Below, piece by piece: positions 11,481 to 24,039 of a stretch of DNA of 64,000 nt. Position numbers and translations under genes: made by a program. The stretch lies in the NCBI RefSeq assembly GCF_000315625.1, contig NW_005434655.1, positions 190,093 to 254,092 of the forward strand, written 5' to 3'. The notes beneath the pieces were generated by a model. The model was given only the letters and a program-made list of their open reading frames with translations. It made no database searches and was not told the DNA's origin. Every line of letters starts with the position of its first letter. Within the stretch, counting starts at the first letter, position 1. This DNA is from Guillardia theta CCMP2712 (lineage: Eukaryota; Protista; Cryptophyta).

Positions 11481-13581
11481 ATGGAGCCGCAGCGTCGGCC
11501 CTTGGAGCGCATGAAGGAGAACTTGATGCATCTGCCCGTACCCTTGATGCCGGACAACAAGCTTGTCTCCTCTGACTCCCCGTCCCTGAGCGCCATCGGT
11601 CGGAAGTTCAACTATGACATGTCAACAGTCATGGGGTTGCCTCCTCCTCGTCCTGCCCCTCCTCCTTCCTTCTGTCTTGACAGTGAGCAGAAGGATCGTA
11701 GGATGAGACTGAAGAAGGCTACAGCTGTGGAGAACAGCTACCACGCTAGCACGCCAGAGAAGTTTCAAGGGAGCGAGACTGTGGATGACTCTCAGGAGAA
11801 CGCTTCTCTGCTCTCTGAGCTTCCTGAGTTGGAGCTCTGCGATGTCAGTCCCTTCACAAGGTAAGGCATGAAGCTGAGAAATGGCTCGCCGACATCCTTC
11901 CAGGCCGGCAGCGGTAGAGGAGCAGGGGGTTCAGGATCGGCCGAAGTCGTCGCCCATCGTGGTGTCATCACAACCGCTTGCTCGGTGATGATCGCTGCTG
12001 AAAAGCTCTCTTCCTCTGAACTTGGAGCTGCTTGTTAGAGCAAACGCAGAGCAGTCTTATGGACAATTCAGGATGCACAGCAAGAGGGCAGAACATGACG
12101 AGGAAGAGGAGGGAGACGTCAAGGTGCCTTGATGCATGCGTACGATCTTGGTGGTCCCCTCATGTTGTACAGATTGCTTGCAAGCTCCTCGTCGAACAGT
12201 TCGACGTGCTAGAGGGCCTGAGGGAAGATGGGGAGGGGGAACAAGCGCCCGCACCGTTCCTTGCCCTCGGTGCTCACAACGAGACGCTGGAGGAGAAGTT
12301 GAGGTGATCGCCGACTCGGCGTTTCTTCTCCTTCTTGTCCTTGATGTGTGCTTTCCTGTGCTAGGAACCTCGACCAGGCGTTTCAAACTCCCTTCGCTGC
12401 AAGGAAGATTCGTATGCAAGAAGACGGCGAGGGAGTAGACGGCCGAGAGGAAGGAGGGCAAGTGCTGGGAGAGGATGAAAAGGATGGCCAGAGGTTGAAT
12501 ATGCTCGCATATGACTTGTTGTCTTCTCATATCTCTATCCCTCTGTCTTCCTTTTTCTCTTTCTCTCCCTCCTTTCTGGTTCCATTCCTCTCTCATTGCA
12601 CTCCCTCTTTCCTTTCTCCGTACTTCTTTTCTCTACTCCCTTTCTCCTGCCCTCTCCTTCTCTCCGCTTCCTCAGTTTCACAGCCGATTCACCTGACTTG
12701 GAGAGGGAGCGAAGAGTTCGTGCACGAGATTCAGTCCTCAGTGAGATCAACAGGTGAACTGTTTCCCCCACTTGCTCAGTTGTCTGACAATGTTGACAGA
12801 TGCTGCGATGAGATTGCTAAGATCAATTCGTCAGTCAAGGAGATGAGGTGATCCTTGGAACTGACAGCCATGGAATGATGCCGGCGATGATGATGAAAAA
12901 CAAGATTCTGCACATGTTGACGATGATGAGGACGATCGAGATGATATGATCATGATCGTGATGACGATGAATAGAGAATGATGCGATGAGAGCGATCCTA
13001 ACAGCCTCTGACAGATTGGAGATTGAAGACATTCGAAACATGTACAAAGAAGTATCACAAAGACAAGAGAAGATCAGCGAGTTTAGAGTCCCTGCTCCTG
13101 CTGCCAAACCCTCCCCCCGCGGCTCTACCCTTACTCCCTTGGAAGAAACCTGCAGGAACATCGTCGATGCTCTGTCAAGCCTTTCCGGGTCTCTTTCCCT
13201 CCTCCTCCTCCTCCTTCACCTCCCTCCTCCCTTCTCTTTCCAGCTTCTCGCCTTTCCTTGTCCTCCTCCAATCATTCGCTCCTCCCCTTCTGCCGTCCTC
13301 ACTTCGGAATGCTGCAGGCCCCCGCCCCGTGTGCACCCCATTCGCGATCTTGCTGACGTTGACCCGAAAGTCCTCTACCTTGTCAGATGTCGAGCGTACA
13401 TGAGGTAAGATCACTCCTCCGTCCCGTCCTCTGTTCAATCCTCCTTCCTCCTTTCCCACCTCTCTCCGCCAGCGGTCGCCTCCAACTTTCCCTCAGCTCA
13501 CAGACCTGCAGGTGGAGGAAGAAGGCGATGAGCGAGCTGCAGCAAGAGCATGTCAACAGCAGGGAGATGATCGAAGTTTGA
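11481..13581 (+). CDS. Hypothetical multi-exon protein
   Basis: ATG 11481 MEPQRRPLERMKENL..., then GT-AG-bounded exons (e.g. EEFVHEIQSSVRSTGELFPPL..., RAILTASDRLEIEDIRNMYKE...), ending ...REMIEV* at 13581. No family motif. Confidence 0.55.
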
Positions 13582-13649
13582 CGCTTCTTTTCTGTCTTGT
13601 CGTGCACCATGTTTCCAATCACGTCACTCAGCAAACATAACATGTGTAT

Positions 13650-15660
13650 TCACAATATGTACAATGGAAACAATAATTACAACTTCAGCTTTGCCTGCTT
13701 TCTCAAACTCCTCACTGCATCAACTTTGACCTCTCTGTCCCTCAGCGGAGCCTTGCGACGCAGAATGAAATTGAAAGCTCCTCCCCATCCCTGCTCAGAA
13801 CCTTCAGAATGACTCTAAACGACCAAACGCACAATCACCTTGTTCAACCATGAGATCATAACTCTCAAGATTGTGAATGACCCGAAGATGCTTCGGAAGA
13901 TGACGGGAGAGAGAGCAAGAGCCTTGATGATCCCAACCACCCTCAGAAAGTGCCAGGCCTTCATCTGCCGCCGGAGGTCAGGACGACGTCTCAACAGTAG
14001 GCGGAAGCTCACAATATCGCGGGGTCTGACGAAGATAAGGATCTGCCTGATGCTCCTCCACAGCATCGAGTAGCCACCGCATGCTCGGGCGACTCGTCTG
14101 GCATGGCCCATGATCTTGCCGAGCCACCTGCTCTGACTGTGAGGAGAAGGAACGAGAGGTAGACTCCTCGCTGTCTTCACCTCGCTCCCCGGAATGGCCT
14201 CGTGTCACTCGCAGCTCTTAGTATATGCAGCGCATGCGTCCTTCTGGTTACTTTCGCGAACCATGTTCGACGGCGCTGTTCTTGTTCAACCTGTCAAAGG
14301 TGGTTAGATCGATCCTTGTCCTCAACCTTTCCTTACAGGATCTTCGATGTGCAGAATGTAGTCGAACGGTATGGCGCAAAACATGTCAAGGATCAACCTA
14401 GCAGAGGTGTAAGACGGAAACACTAAATAAAACCGAAAAAAGCCCCACCAATGCATCGCATAATTCTTTGCAATTAGGTAGGGATCCTTGACCAACTTTC
14501 CATCTTTGTCTCGATAAGCAGTACAGAAGTTGACCAGTATATCCACTATGAAGAAACAATCGAGCAAGACCTGATCACAACACATCACATGGTGGCAGCT
14601 TCATGGCAGAATGTCTACCTGTATCTTCAGCAGGCTGCTTGTATATGGATTGTATCCAACAAGATCGGCATACATCCATCCCCGATGTTGCGATTGCCAT
14701 CTCTCGCTCGCAACTTTACACACCAGAAGGCTGAGTATGAGAATGAGACTTGTCAGGTCCCAGACCCTCCGCAGCCACCCGCCAGGCAAAATGACAAAAA
14801 TTTCACGGCTCTTCTTTCGCTTGCTGAATTCCGCGCTCACACCCTCTGCCAGCTCTTTCGCTCGAACCGCAACTCTCTGAACATTGTACTTCACCCGATG
14901 GATGCCGATCCCCGGCGACTCGGGGCACGAAAATCTAGTGATAAACCGGCACAACGAAGAACTTGGCCATATTCTCCTTTCGCCCCATGCAAGACCCCAC
15001 ACTCCAGCTACTACATCACTGTCCATACTCTCATCCTCGCAGTTGTCCAGCTCGACCGTTTCCTCATTGGAAAACTCAATTTCTGTGTTGTCAACCGCAT
15101 CAGAGTCCATCAGGGGACCATCGGGGCCATGTTCAGCGAAGCTGCTACTTACTGACGAGGACACCGAGCACGAGCTACACGACTTGCTCCTCGGACCATC
15201 GACACAAATCGCATCCTCCTCACATTCAAGGTCTGAACAAGGATACAAAGGCGACCGATCAACCACGTTCTCTCGTGGACCTTGCCCGGGGCTCTCAAAC
15301 CAATGCCTCCTGGTCAGACCGTTCGGGCTGGTCGATCCATCATGTTTCCCTGTCCGCCTTCACATCAGGCATGGAGCACAAACATCGAGGCAAAGGCGCA
15401 TCACCTTGAGCCTCTGGAAGGAACTTCGATAGCAAAGGGCTTGCTTCAATCGATGACTCAAAAGAGAGGATCTCTTTCAGGCTCAGGGCCATCTCTTCAC
15501 TTTCTCAGCTTCCACGACATGCTGCTCGTCCTTCCACACCTACAGGAGTTGTAAGGCCATGGACGCTGAATCGACTCTTCGCTTCGGCCTGAACCGAACA
15601 CAGCCTCCCTTTTCCTCTATGTTTCGTCACACGAAGAATGCGCATTGTTACAAATTCCTG
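13650..15660 (-). CDS. CNBD-family (EAG/HCN/AKT-like) ion-channel-related membrane protein with only S1-S4; ends approximate
   Basis: IFVILPGGWLRRVWDLTSLILIL (S1), LLDCFFIVDILVNFCTAYRDKDGKLVKDPYLIAKNY (S2 and linker), LILDMFCAIPFD (S3) and HFLRVVGIIKAL...ILRV (S4-like). No pore or CNBD seen. Confidence 0.75.
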
Positions 15661-17278
15661 CATCCCTGTTCATTCTGCTCTCTGGATAGAGTGCGTGCAA
15701 TGCTGTCACCATCACCTTTGCTCTCAAATTCTTCTCTAACTATTGAAAATCCCCAAAAACCATCATAAAGGCTGCATTCAAAATGTTTTCATCTGTTCCA
15801 CAAGCACCCCAAAAGCATTCTTCGAGATAAACTATCGTCAACCAACACAAGCTTCTATGAAATCCATTGAGAAGGAAATAAGAAGCAAGTTAGCTCTTGA
15901 GTTTTATCTTGATCCCTTCTTGTGGCGGATATCAATATCAGTTCCCCATCACTGTTTTGACTTCAGCCTCTCTTCAGTATCTGTTCATGACAGTTCTATC
16001 TATCATCCTTCTACGATCTCATCACAATGAATCATTGCCATTGCTTATTTCCACTGCTCTCGCCAAATCCCTCCAACTCCTCGCATCCCCCGTTCCAACG
16101 CCGCCTTGCGCATCGCAGGGACGGATTACCAAATGCGTGGGGAAAAAAGTCAGTGGGTGGGGGTGGTAGATTTTGAACAAGTACCGGTGTTTCCTAGACA
16201 AAATATCCTGGTGAATAGAGGGTACATTCGAGACCCACAACTAAAAAGGGGGTACATTGAGGTAAGGGGGTTACCCTAGTACGTCGAACGGCTCTTACAT
16301 AGAACACTTGTTCATGTGGGTGGGTGATTACCCCTACCTATATTTTGACTCACAATATTACCGGTAGTCAGTGTGAAGTGAAGGTACATGCTATGACCGG
16401 TCGAGCGTCGGGAATTACCCACCACTTGAGGATCTGGGACCCCCACCCCCAATCTCAAGCTACCTTCCAAAAGGAACACAGAACCCTCTAGAAAAACAGG
16501 GGTATTTTGAGGCAATGATACCGGTGTGTAAGGTTCCCAGGGTAAAACCACCGGTGATGTTCTGATATTTGCACCCACCCAGTACCCACTCGAAACTACA
16601 CCCCGTCTGACTGACAGGTGGCATATGGAGTGGGGGGGTGAATGAACAGGATGGGGTACCTCTGCCTTGGGAAAGGAGGGGTACTTTGGCTATTACAAAG
16701 GGGGGTTCTTGAGCACAAATAAAACGTAGAGGGTGGGTCCGATCCAGGGGGTGTAACCCCGTATCCAGTGTGGGTGTTCACGGGGTAAAGAGGGGGTGTT
16801 GGGATACGTCGGTGATGACGGGTGTGATGCCTAGGCTTTGGAGGGGGTAGGGAGATATTTGGGGAAACAAGGGGCCGTCGGTCGGGCAAACAGATTGAAA
16901 GAGATCATCCAAGACTTTGCTGCCCTAATCTTCTGATAGAACATACTCTGAGGCTAGCATGATACTCTATATATTAAAAGTTTTAGTATTATTTTTAGTT
17001 AAAAAAAGACATTGCAGAACAAAAATTGACTATGATACATACATAGGTATTATAGTGAACATTTACCGAAGGCTGGTTGACTATATCGCTAGTGTTTGTT
17101 GTGGGTGGAACGGTCGCTATCCGAATTTATAATGAAGCCATGCAGGGAGCAGGGAAGGCGAGGGCAGCGGGACGTAAGGAGAAAGATTGGAGGAAGGAAG
17201 GGTTGAAGGAAGGGAGGAATGAGTAATGGAGACCAGGAGTGTGGGAGGAAAGAATTAGCGTAAGGAAGGAGGATGGGA

Positions 17279-17370
17279 TGGGATGGGATGGGAAGGGAGG
17301 GAAGGGAGGAGGATGGGATGGGATGGGATGGGATGGGATGGGATGGGATGGGATGGGATTGGGATGGGAG
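17279..17370 (+). repeat. (GGATG)n pentanucleotide microsatellite
   Basis: Directly visible tandem ggatg units. Confidence 0.9.
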
Positions 17371-17463
17371 GGAAGTTGAATGAGTAGTGAAGGAGAGAGG
17401 GGCATTCAAGCTGATTTACTGGTGATTGATTTCAACTGATATATTTATGTTTTAGAACAGGAC

Positions 17464-18911
17464 ATGCTGTTCCTGCGGAGTCTGATCTGCATTTGTTTGC
17501 TTGCCGTAGCGACTGGCATTCCTGTTGCAGGTGTCCCAGGTGCTCAACCTACTGATTGTCAACAAAGCGTTATTAGCGCTTGCTGAACCACTCGTAGGAG
17601 CTGTTTCACATGGCGATGATCCCGTTCTGGATAAAGACATGATCGAACAAATCAATTCTGACAAGGACAGCTTGTGGTAAGTCGACTTGGCAATTCGTCT
17701 CTGTTATCACAAGTAAAATTGACACAATTGAAATCGCAGGACTGCAGGAGAGACTGAAATATTCAAGGGAATGACTATGAAAGAATTCCGATCATCAATG
17801 CTTGGTCTTCGCTTGGATAGAGATTACTCTGAAGGTTTCAGAAAATCATTTTGGATGTTCAGTTGCCTCTTAACATCTTTCTAGTTCCCGTCAAAGTTCA
17901 CTCGAGTACTGCATTGAAAGATCTCCCGGAGTCGTTCAACTGCTATGAAAACTGGCCAAATTACATGCACCCAATTAGAGATCAAGCACGCTGCGGATCG
18001 TGCTGGGCATTCGCAGCCTCTGAGGTACTTTCGGACAGATTCGCAATTGCGAGCAATGGGACAGTGAACAAGGTATTGATTGTCTGTGCTGTTCTCGTTT
18101 GCTCATACTGCTCTCTACTCGACAGATCTTGTCTCCAGAAGACTTGGTGAGTTGCGACAAGGGAGACATGGGTTGCCAAGGCGGATACCTGGACAAGGCC
18201 TGGGACTACCTGAAGACGAATGGAATCGTCACCGAATCTTGCTTTCCGTATGCTGCCCAGAAGGGCGTCGCCCCATCTTGCAGGATTTCTTGTGTGGATG
18301 GCGAGCCCTACAAGAAATACAAGGCCTCGGATTATTACCAGCTCACTACCGAGGAGGTTCGTTCCAGCCTTGATGACGTGGCGGGGTGATCCTCACTCTG
18401 CACTGACAGGACATCATGAAGGAGATCTACCTCAATGGGCCTGTTGAGGCAGGCTTCCGCGTCTACACGAGTTTCATGTCGTACAAGAGTGGAGTGTGAG
18501 TAGTGGCGTCAGGTCCTGCGACACGGAGTCGGTGACGAGATGCTGCTTGCAGTTATCATCACAGGATTTTGGACATCATGGAGGGGGGGCACGCGATCAA
18601 GATCGTTGGATGGGGGGTCGAGCCTCCGAAACGTTTCTGGCAGAAGCCCACTAAGTATTGGATCTGTGCCAACAGGTGAGGATTTTGCCATGAGTCTTGT
18701 CATGGTATAGCAAACATTGGTTTGACTCCTTGCTGCAGCTGGACAGCTGACTGGGGCATGAATGGATTCTTCAAGATCCGGTGAGTAGCAAGATTCTGGT
18801 CTTATCACTTCTCTGATAATTGTCTGCAGTCGTGGCAAAAACAGGTTTGGACAGAGCGAGTGTGGAATCGAAGACCAAGTTTTCGCTGGACACCCCAAGC
18901 TTGACAGTTAA
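17464..18911 (+). CDS. CTSB: Cathepsin B-like cysteine protease (papain family C1A), secreted
   Basis: Signal peptide [18 protein letters not shown]. Motifs [13 protein letters not shown] (catalytic Cys), [23 protein letters not shown] (His), YWICANSWTADWG (Asn) and ECGIED. About 9 short GT-AG introns. Confidence 0.93.
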
Positions 18912-19019
18912 GTTCGGTGATTCCGACTCGGAAGACGGTCCGGCAAAGTTGAAGGCTTCTAAAGTTCGATTCGCGTCCACCGCTCCTTGCCTGACTGCGG
19001 ATCATGGCATTATGCAGCC

Positions 19020-19510
19020 AACCGTGCGGTCCCGGCGCACGCGGCCGTGTCCGTTTGTCGGAGTGTGGCGCTCCGCCGGCAGTGCTACGGCCGGCCCATC
19101 GGCGATGACCCTGACCCGGACCCGCGTCGGAGCCGGCGTACCCAGTGAAGTTCCGACGATCGGATGGCCCACTGGCGGCACTGGGCCCAGTGCCCGGCGG
19201 CCGGTGCCATCACTTGAGTCGCCCGTCGCGCGGCCGGGACGGCCGCTGCCCGGCGCGGCACTCAGCTGCCGGGCAGCCAGTGCCGCCGCAGGCAGTCACT
19301 GAGCGGCGGCCTTCGCTGATCGGCAGTCCGGGCTGGCGGGGACGACGCGGCGCGGCCGCTCAGCGCCGACCCCGGCGAGTCCAGCCCCCCCCAGGCCGGC
19401 CTCTGAGTTCGCGGAGTCGGCCGCCCGGAACCGTGGCCGGGCAGTGAGCCCCGGCGGCGCACAGTGGCATGATCGCGCGGCGCCGGGCCGGCGCCGGGCC
19501 GGCGCCACCG
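19020..19510. repeat. GC-rich palindromic intergenic block
   Basis: Dense ggccgg/ggcgcc/cactga words; tandem ggcgccgggcc near 19479-19507. Confidence 0.5.
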
Positions 19511-19832
19511 TATTGAAGATTGATGATACCCCACCCCCTACTACCACCATCATTCCCCCCACTGGCATGTTTCTCCTGCCTCCAGGTGGACCCCAACTAC
19601 CCCTGGATTATCCATTTACTACCCACCAATTGAGCTGAAGAGTACCCCTGTGCAATGAAATGCAACCCGCCTATTCCACCCCTCCGATGACCCCGGTACC
19701 TATCACCCCCATCTCATACACCAAATTGACCCCACCCCTTTCCCCACCTGGGACCCTTCGCAGAATGGCGAGAGGGAAGGAGGAAGAAGAAGGGGTGGAG
19801 GGAGGGCGCCGGCAAGCTGCGAGGTCTACGTC

Positions 19833-21951
19833 ATGACACAAGTTCATAGAATCTGTTCATTGGCATACAATAGCTGTCTGATGTCTAGCACAAGATCCAG
19901 ATCGAGGATGAGCAGTTTTGCTGGCCAATTGGCTTTCAGCTGCTTCATAGCCCTCCTGCTCGTTCGAGCTGGGCACGGTTACAGCGTAGAGCAGAGTTCG
20001 ACATTTCATCCGGAGCTATCGCTCTCGAAACTTGACAATGCAAGCACTGACCTCTCAAGTCCTCGGAAGGGCATCGACGGCACTGACGTTCTGAGGATAT
20101 CCGATGTGTCCGTGAGGGTACGCTTGCATGGTTCGGCCGCGTCGAAAGCTCCATATGCATCAGTCGCTGATGGTGATCTCGGGTTAGGTTGGGAGGGTCA
20201 AAGGTGCCAGGGTTGTATACTGTCGGACTTGTTTGAACATGTTCAGAATACCAATATTCCTCACTCGTTGGATGCCAGAACGAGAAAATTTTCGATCATG
20301 ACAAACGACACGGCAGCTCTGCTCTACATTGGTGGCTATGATCATGACACTATCAAGGGCGAGATGGTGACGGTGCCCATGTCTGGCAGCAGCTACTCCG
20401 TGAACGTTCACTCCTTGCAAGTCGGGGACGAGTTGAGTACGGTAGAAGTGTTGAACTTTCACGAGCCGAGCAAGCAGGGGTTTGTATCAGGGGAGGTCGA
20501 TTTCTCTCAACCCTGCCTTTGCATTCCGAACAACGACGCGAACAGGACTCTGCGTGAGTCTCCGTACGAGCGCTTCTTGCGCTCCAAGTTGGAACGTGGT
20601 CATCAATTCATCTCGGTGGCTGTACAGGGAGCTGACGGACAGAAGCATCTGCTCCGCATGCCTGGAGACGTCTGTGTGCAGCCTTGCTCTTCATCGCTAG
20701 TCTTAGGGGATCCCTTCTTCCGCAGTTTCGTCGTTCTGTACGATCTGTCCGACGGTAACCATCCCAGGTTCGGGTTTGGAAGGAGGAAGGGCCAAGAATG
20801 GGGGGTCGCTGGCTCTGTAGGGCGATCAGAGCACTCGATTCACTTGGCTTCTACTCATGATCCCATAGTAGTTCCTGTTGAGAAGAAGTTGATGAAAGTC
20901 CCGGGAGACGCCGGGCAGCCTGCAGCCTTGAAATACCTCTATTTGATCCATGCCTCGTTGGGAACACCGGCAAAGGTGTGTTATTTTTTCCTCTGTTGCC
21001 ATGAATGAACCTGGATATAGGTGGTAACTCTTGCTTTGGACACGAAGAGAGTTGATCTTCACATGTTTGACCTTGACATGGGTAAGTTCTGTCCCCTTGT
21101 GCTGTCCTATGTGTTTGATTCATCTGGCGCGAAGTGTAAAAGGAACTGAGAGGTCTGGCAGCGAGAAAAGACGAGAAATCTTCAAGGATCTCTGATTTCT
21201 CAAACCTTCATATCGAGTCTCAGCTTCACAACGAGGGGCAGCCACTGGCGAGGTTACGGAGGTCAAGCATCGCGGAACACATCGAGACGATCGGGAACGA
21301 GATCAAGTCCTCATTCCACTTTCACAGTGAAAGGACGGCGAAGAGGCTGCTCCTGAAGAAGTAGAGGACTGTTTGTTGCGATGATTAAGAGGATTGATCC
21401 TTCCGCAGGACACTCCAGAAGCTAAGGAGGTCGACAGATCTGGGAGATGGAAAGAGGGTAAGAGAAGGCCCCCCGCCCCCCCTCTTTCCCCCCACAGCGG
21501 AACTGACTCCTACATCAGCCAAGATCGTACGAAGACTTTGAGGTGGAAGACGAGCAAGTTGGGAGCGGGCAGGTAGTGACTTGTTGATGCAAGTGACGTG
21601 ACCCATCTCACGAAGCTGTTTGTGCAGTTCGAGGGCATGCTGGGCATGCGAAAGGTAGCAAGAGTTCCAGCGATGGTCGGAATCAACGCAGGTGCCCTCC
21701 ACCTCCCTTTCATCGCTGTCTTTATTTTGGAACCTCCTGCTGCTGCTCTTGCTCCATTGTCTTCCCCAACTCGTTCCTTGCATACAGTAAGTCTGATGAT
21801 CTCATTGGGGACAGTTCTCGTGGCAGCCGTGTTTACAATCACTGTACGCCTCTGGTCGAAGCCCCGGAGACTCGACGGCGGGAAAAAATTTCTGGGTGCA
21901 GAGCAAGAAGAACTTGGCGATGCGTACGGCTCGCTCTCGTCCAAGGCTTGA
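19833..21951 (+). CDS. Pepsin-like (A1) aspartic protease homolog with degenerate catalytic motifs and a possible C-terminal TM segment; 3' exons uncertain
   Basis: Signal peptide, then SSTF, DGDLGLGW, LYIGGYD, EVDFSQPCLCIP (DSGT position) and LVLGDPFFRSFVVLYD. After these comes YLIHASLGTPAK|VVTLALDTKRVDLHM. Hydrophobic exon near 21790-21860. Confidence 0.75.
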
Positions 21952-22033
21952 TCCCGTCCTACTTTATGTTTCACAAGCTTGTACACTATGTAGATTAATG
22001 GAAACGCCAAGATTTCCAGTCCCTCTTCCTCTC

Positions 22034-23600
22034 CTATGTGAGAAATTCCATAGCAGCCTTGGCCTTCTCCATCTCCTGCGAGGGTGCCCGAGAGGGTTCA
22101 GAAGGGGCAGAAACACGCCAGCAACACGCCTGCACCTACCTGCAAGAACTCATAGAACTGAGGGAGCGAAAGCTCCATATTGGTCGTCTCGATGGCCCCG
22201 TTGCCCTTGTCAAGCTGAAGTCGTAGCTGGAGGAAGGTCCTTCCGACCTGCTCTTTCCTCACACAACGTTCCCAGCACTGAGTGGGTTGCACCTGCTTCA
22301 GCTCGGATGATGAGGAAGTGACGCCGAAGCGCCAGTCCATGTCGACGAGCTTGTTGACTACAAGAGTCTTGCTCCTCGTTACAGCAGCAACGAGAGCAAG
22401 GGAAGGGGAGAGAGGGAGGGAAGTACCTGGCCCGCAATCCCTCGCGAAAGGGCAAGGAAATGAGCTTGCCAGGAGCTAGCAACGATCTTTGCTCTGTTCT
22501 CATCAAACCCTTGCAATGTGCGATCAGAGGAGGTGAGGTAAAACCAGGGTCCTCCTCCCTTACCGAATCGCATCATGTCCTCTTGTATCAGAGCCTGGAC
22601 CGAACGAGTTGAGAAGGGAGAGGAGGAGGAGAAGCAGTCACCTGTGACAGATACTTCCTTGCTGCTCCTTTGAAGAAGTTCAAAAGTCCACGAAGGCTGC
22701 CTGAGTGGATTGATGACATCAATACAGGTCCAACAAGGCGGGGGTGGGAGGGAGGGGGAAGATACGGATAAATTGGGCAGTGGAGGGGGCAAAGGACGAG
22801 TAAGCAGGGGAGGAGCAAGTGAAGCATGATTCGAAATAGAAGGAGGATTAGCAGTAGTAGGAGGAGAAGAGGGAGCAGGGAAGCAAAGGATAGATTTACC
22901 TTTTAGAGCCCCAATATTCATCTCATGCCTGTCAGCGTAGCTCGTTGACTTCTCTGACATGAAGATGATTCGCTCATGACGTACGCGCTCTCGTGCTTTC
23001 GCTCTCACCTACAAACGTCTCTGTGTCCGACGAGCACAAGAACTGCAGGCATATCTTCACGAGCTGAACCATCTCCATCGTGAACCGAACTTCGAGACAA
23101 GGTCATTGTCACCTCCTCGAGTTGATCCTCACTCAGATTCTTCAAGGCCTTCACATCCTGACTGGCAGATGACTCGCAGACTTTGAGGAACCAACCGGCA
23201 CACTCACCTGGATCAGAGTCGCCGATACTTCGCCATCCTGAAACCTGAAGTTGGCGGACATACCACCGCTCCGGACGATCAGTTGCAAGGGGCGCGAGAC
23301 TTGTTACTTCAAACGCCAGTGATGACCTCGACGACCGATGGTGCGAATGAGAACCTGGTGGGGGATCAGCAGCGTCGCCAGAAGCACATATCAAGCCCTC
23401 AAACAAGGGAGGGCCACTCAGCTTGATCCCAGAATCCGCTGGTTTCAATTCTTCTTGCTCACAGGCTAAGACGTCTTCTCCTCCTAAGACGTCTTCTCCT
23501 CCTAGCACATTCTCACAGGCTAAGACGTCTTCTCCTCCTCTAGCACATTCTCACACAAGTGCAAGCATCTCCTCCTCCTCCTCGAACAACCCTCGTCCCT
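22034..23600 (-). CDS. COMMD7: COMM domain protein, COMMD7-like; N-terminal exons uncertain
   Basis: Spliced C-terminus NKLVDMDWRFGVTSSSSELKQ|VGRTFLQLRLQLDKGNGAIETTNMELSLPQFYEFLQ|EMEKAKAAMEFLT* matches the COMMD7 COMM domain pattern. Confidence 0.8.
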
Positions 23601-24039
23601 CGTGACTTGTCCTTGCAAGCCTGATTGCAAGCCCCTTGCTCAAAGCATGGGCGCGTCATCAACGGCTGCAATTAATTGTAACGTCCATTGCCCTTGCAAC
23701 GTCTCCGACTCCGTTTCCGTTATTGCCATGTTTCCGTTACCTCTGTTACAACCTGTTACAGAGAATTGTTTCACCCCACCCGTCTAAATGGCCCACAATC
23801 TGGCATAGAAAAGAAGGGGTGGTTTGGGTGTATACCCACCCCCAGAAAATCATCCAATACTCATATGAAATGAGGGGTACTGAGATTACTACCCCCACCT
23901 CCTCTTTCCCATGTTTTGGACTATCCCAATCATTGACTTCATACCCCTCCTTTTCCCTCATAGTACCCCACCCTTCCCCAGTCTCTCACTCTCCTCTATT
24001 TTTTTTTTCGGCCTCGTGCGTGAAGAAGCAGCAGGCGCC

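Noticed and set aside
18820-19596. ORFs across the GC-rich palindromic blocks
   Set aside because: Open frames are expected from very high GC; Arg/Pro/Gly/Ala-rich in all frames with no domain signal.
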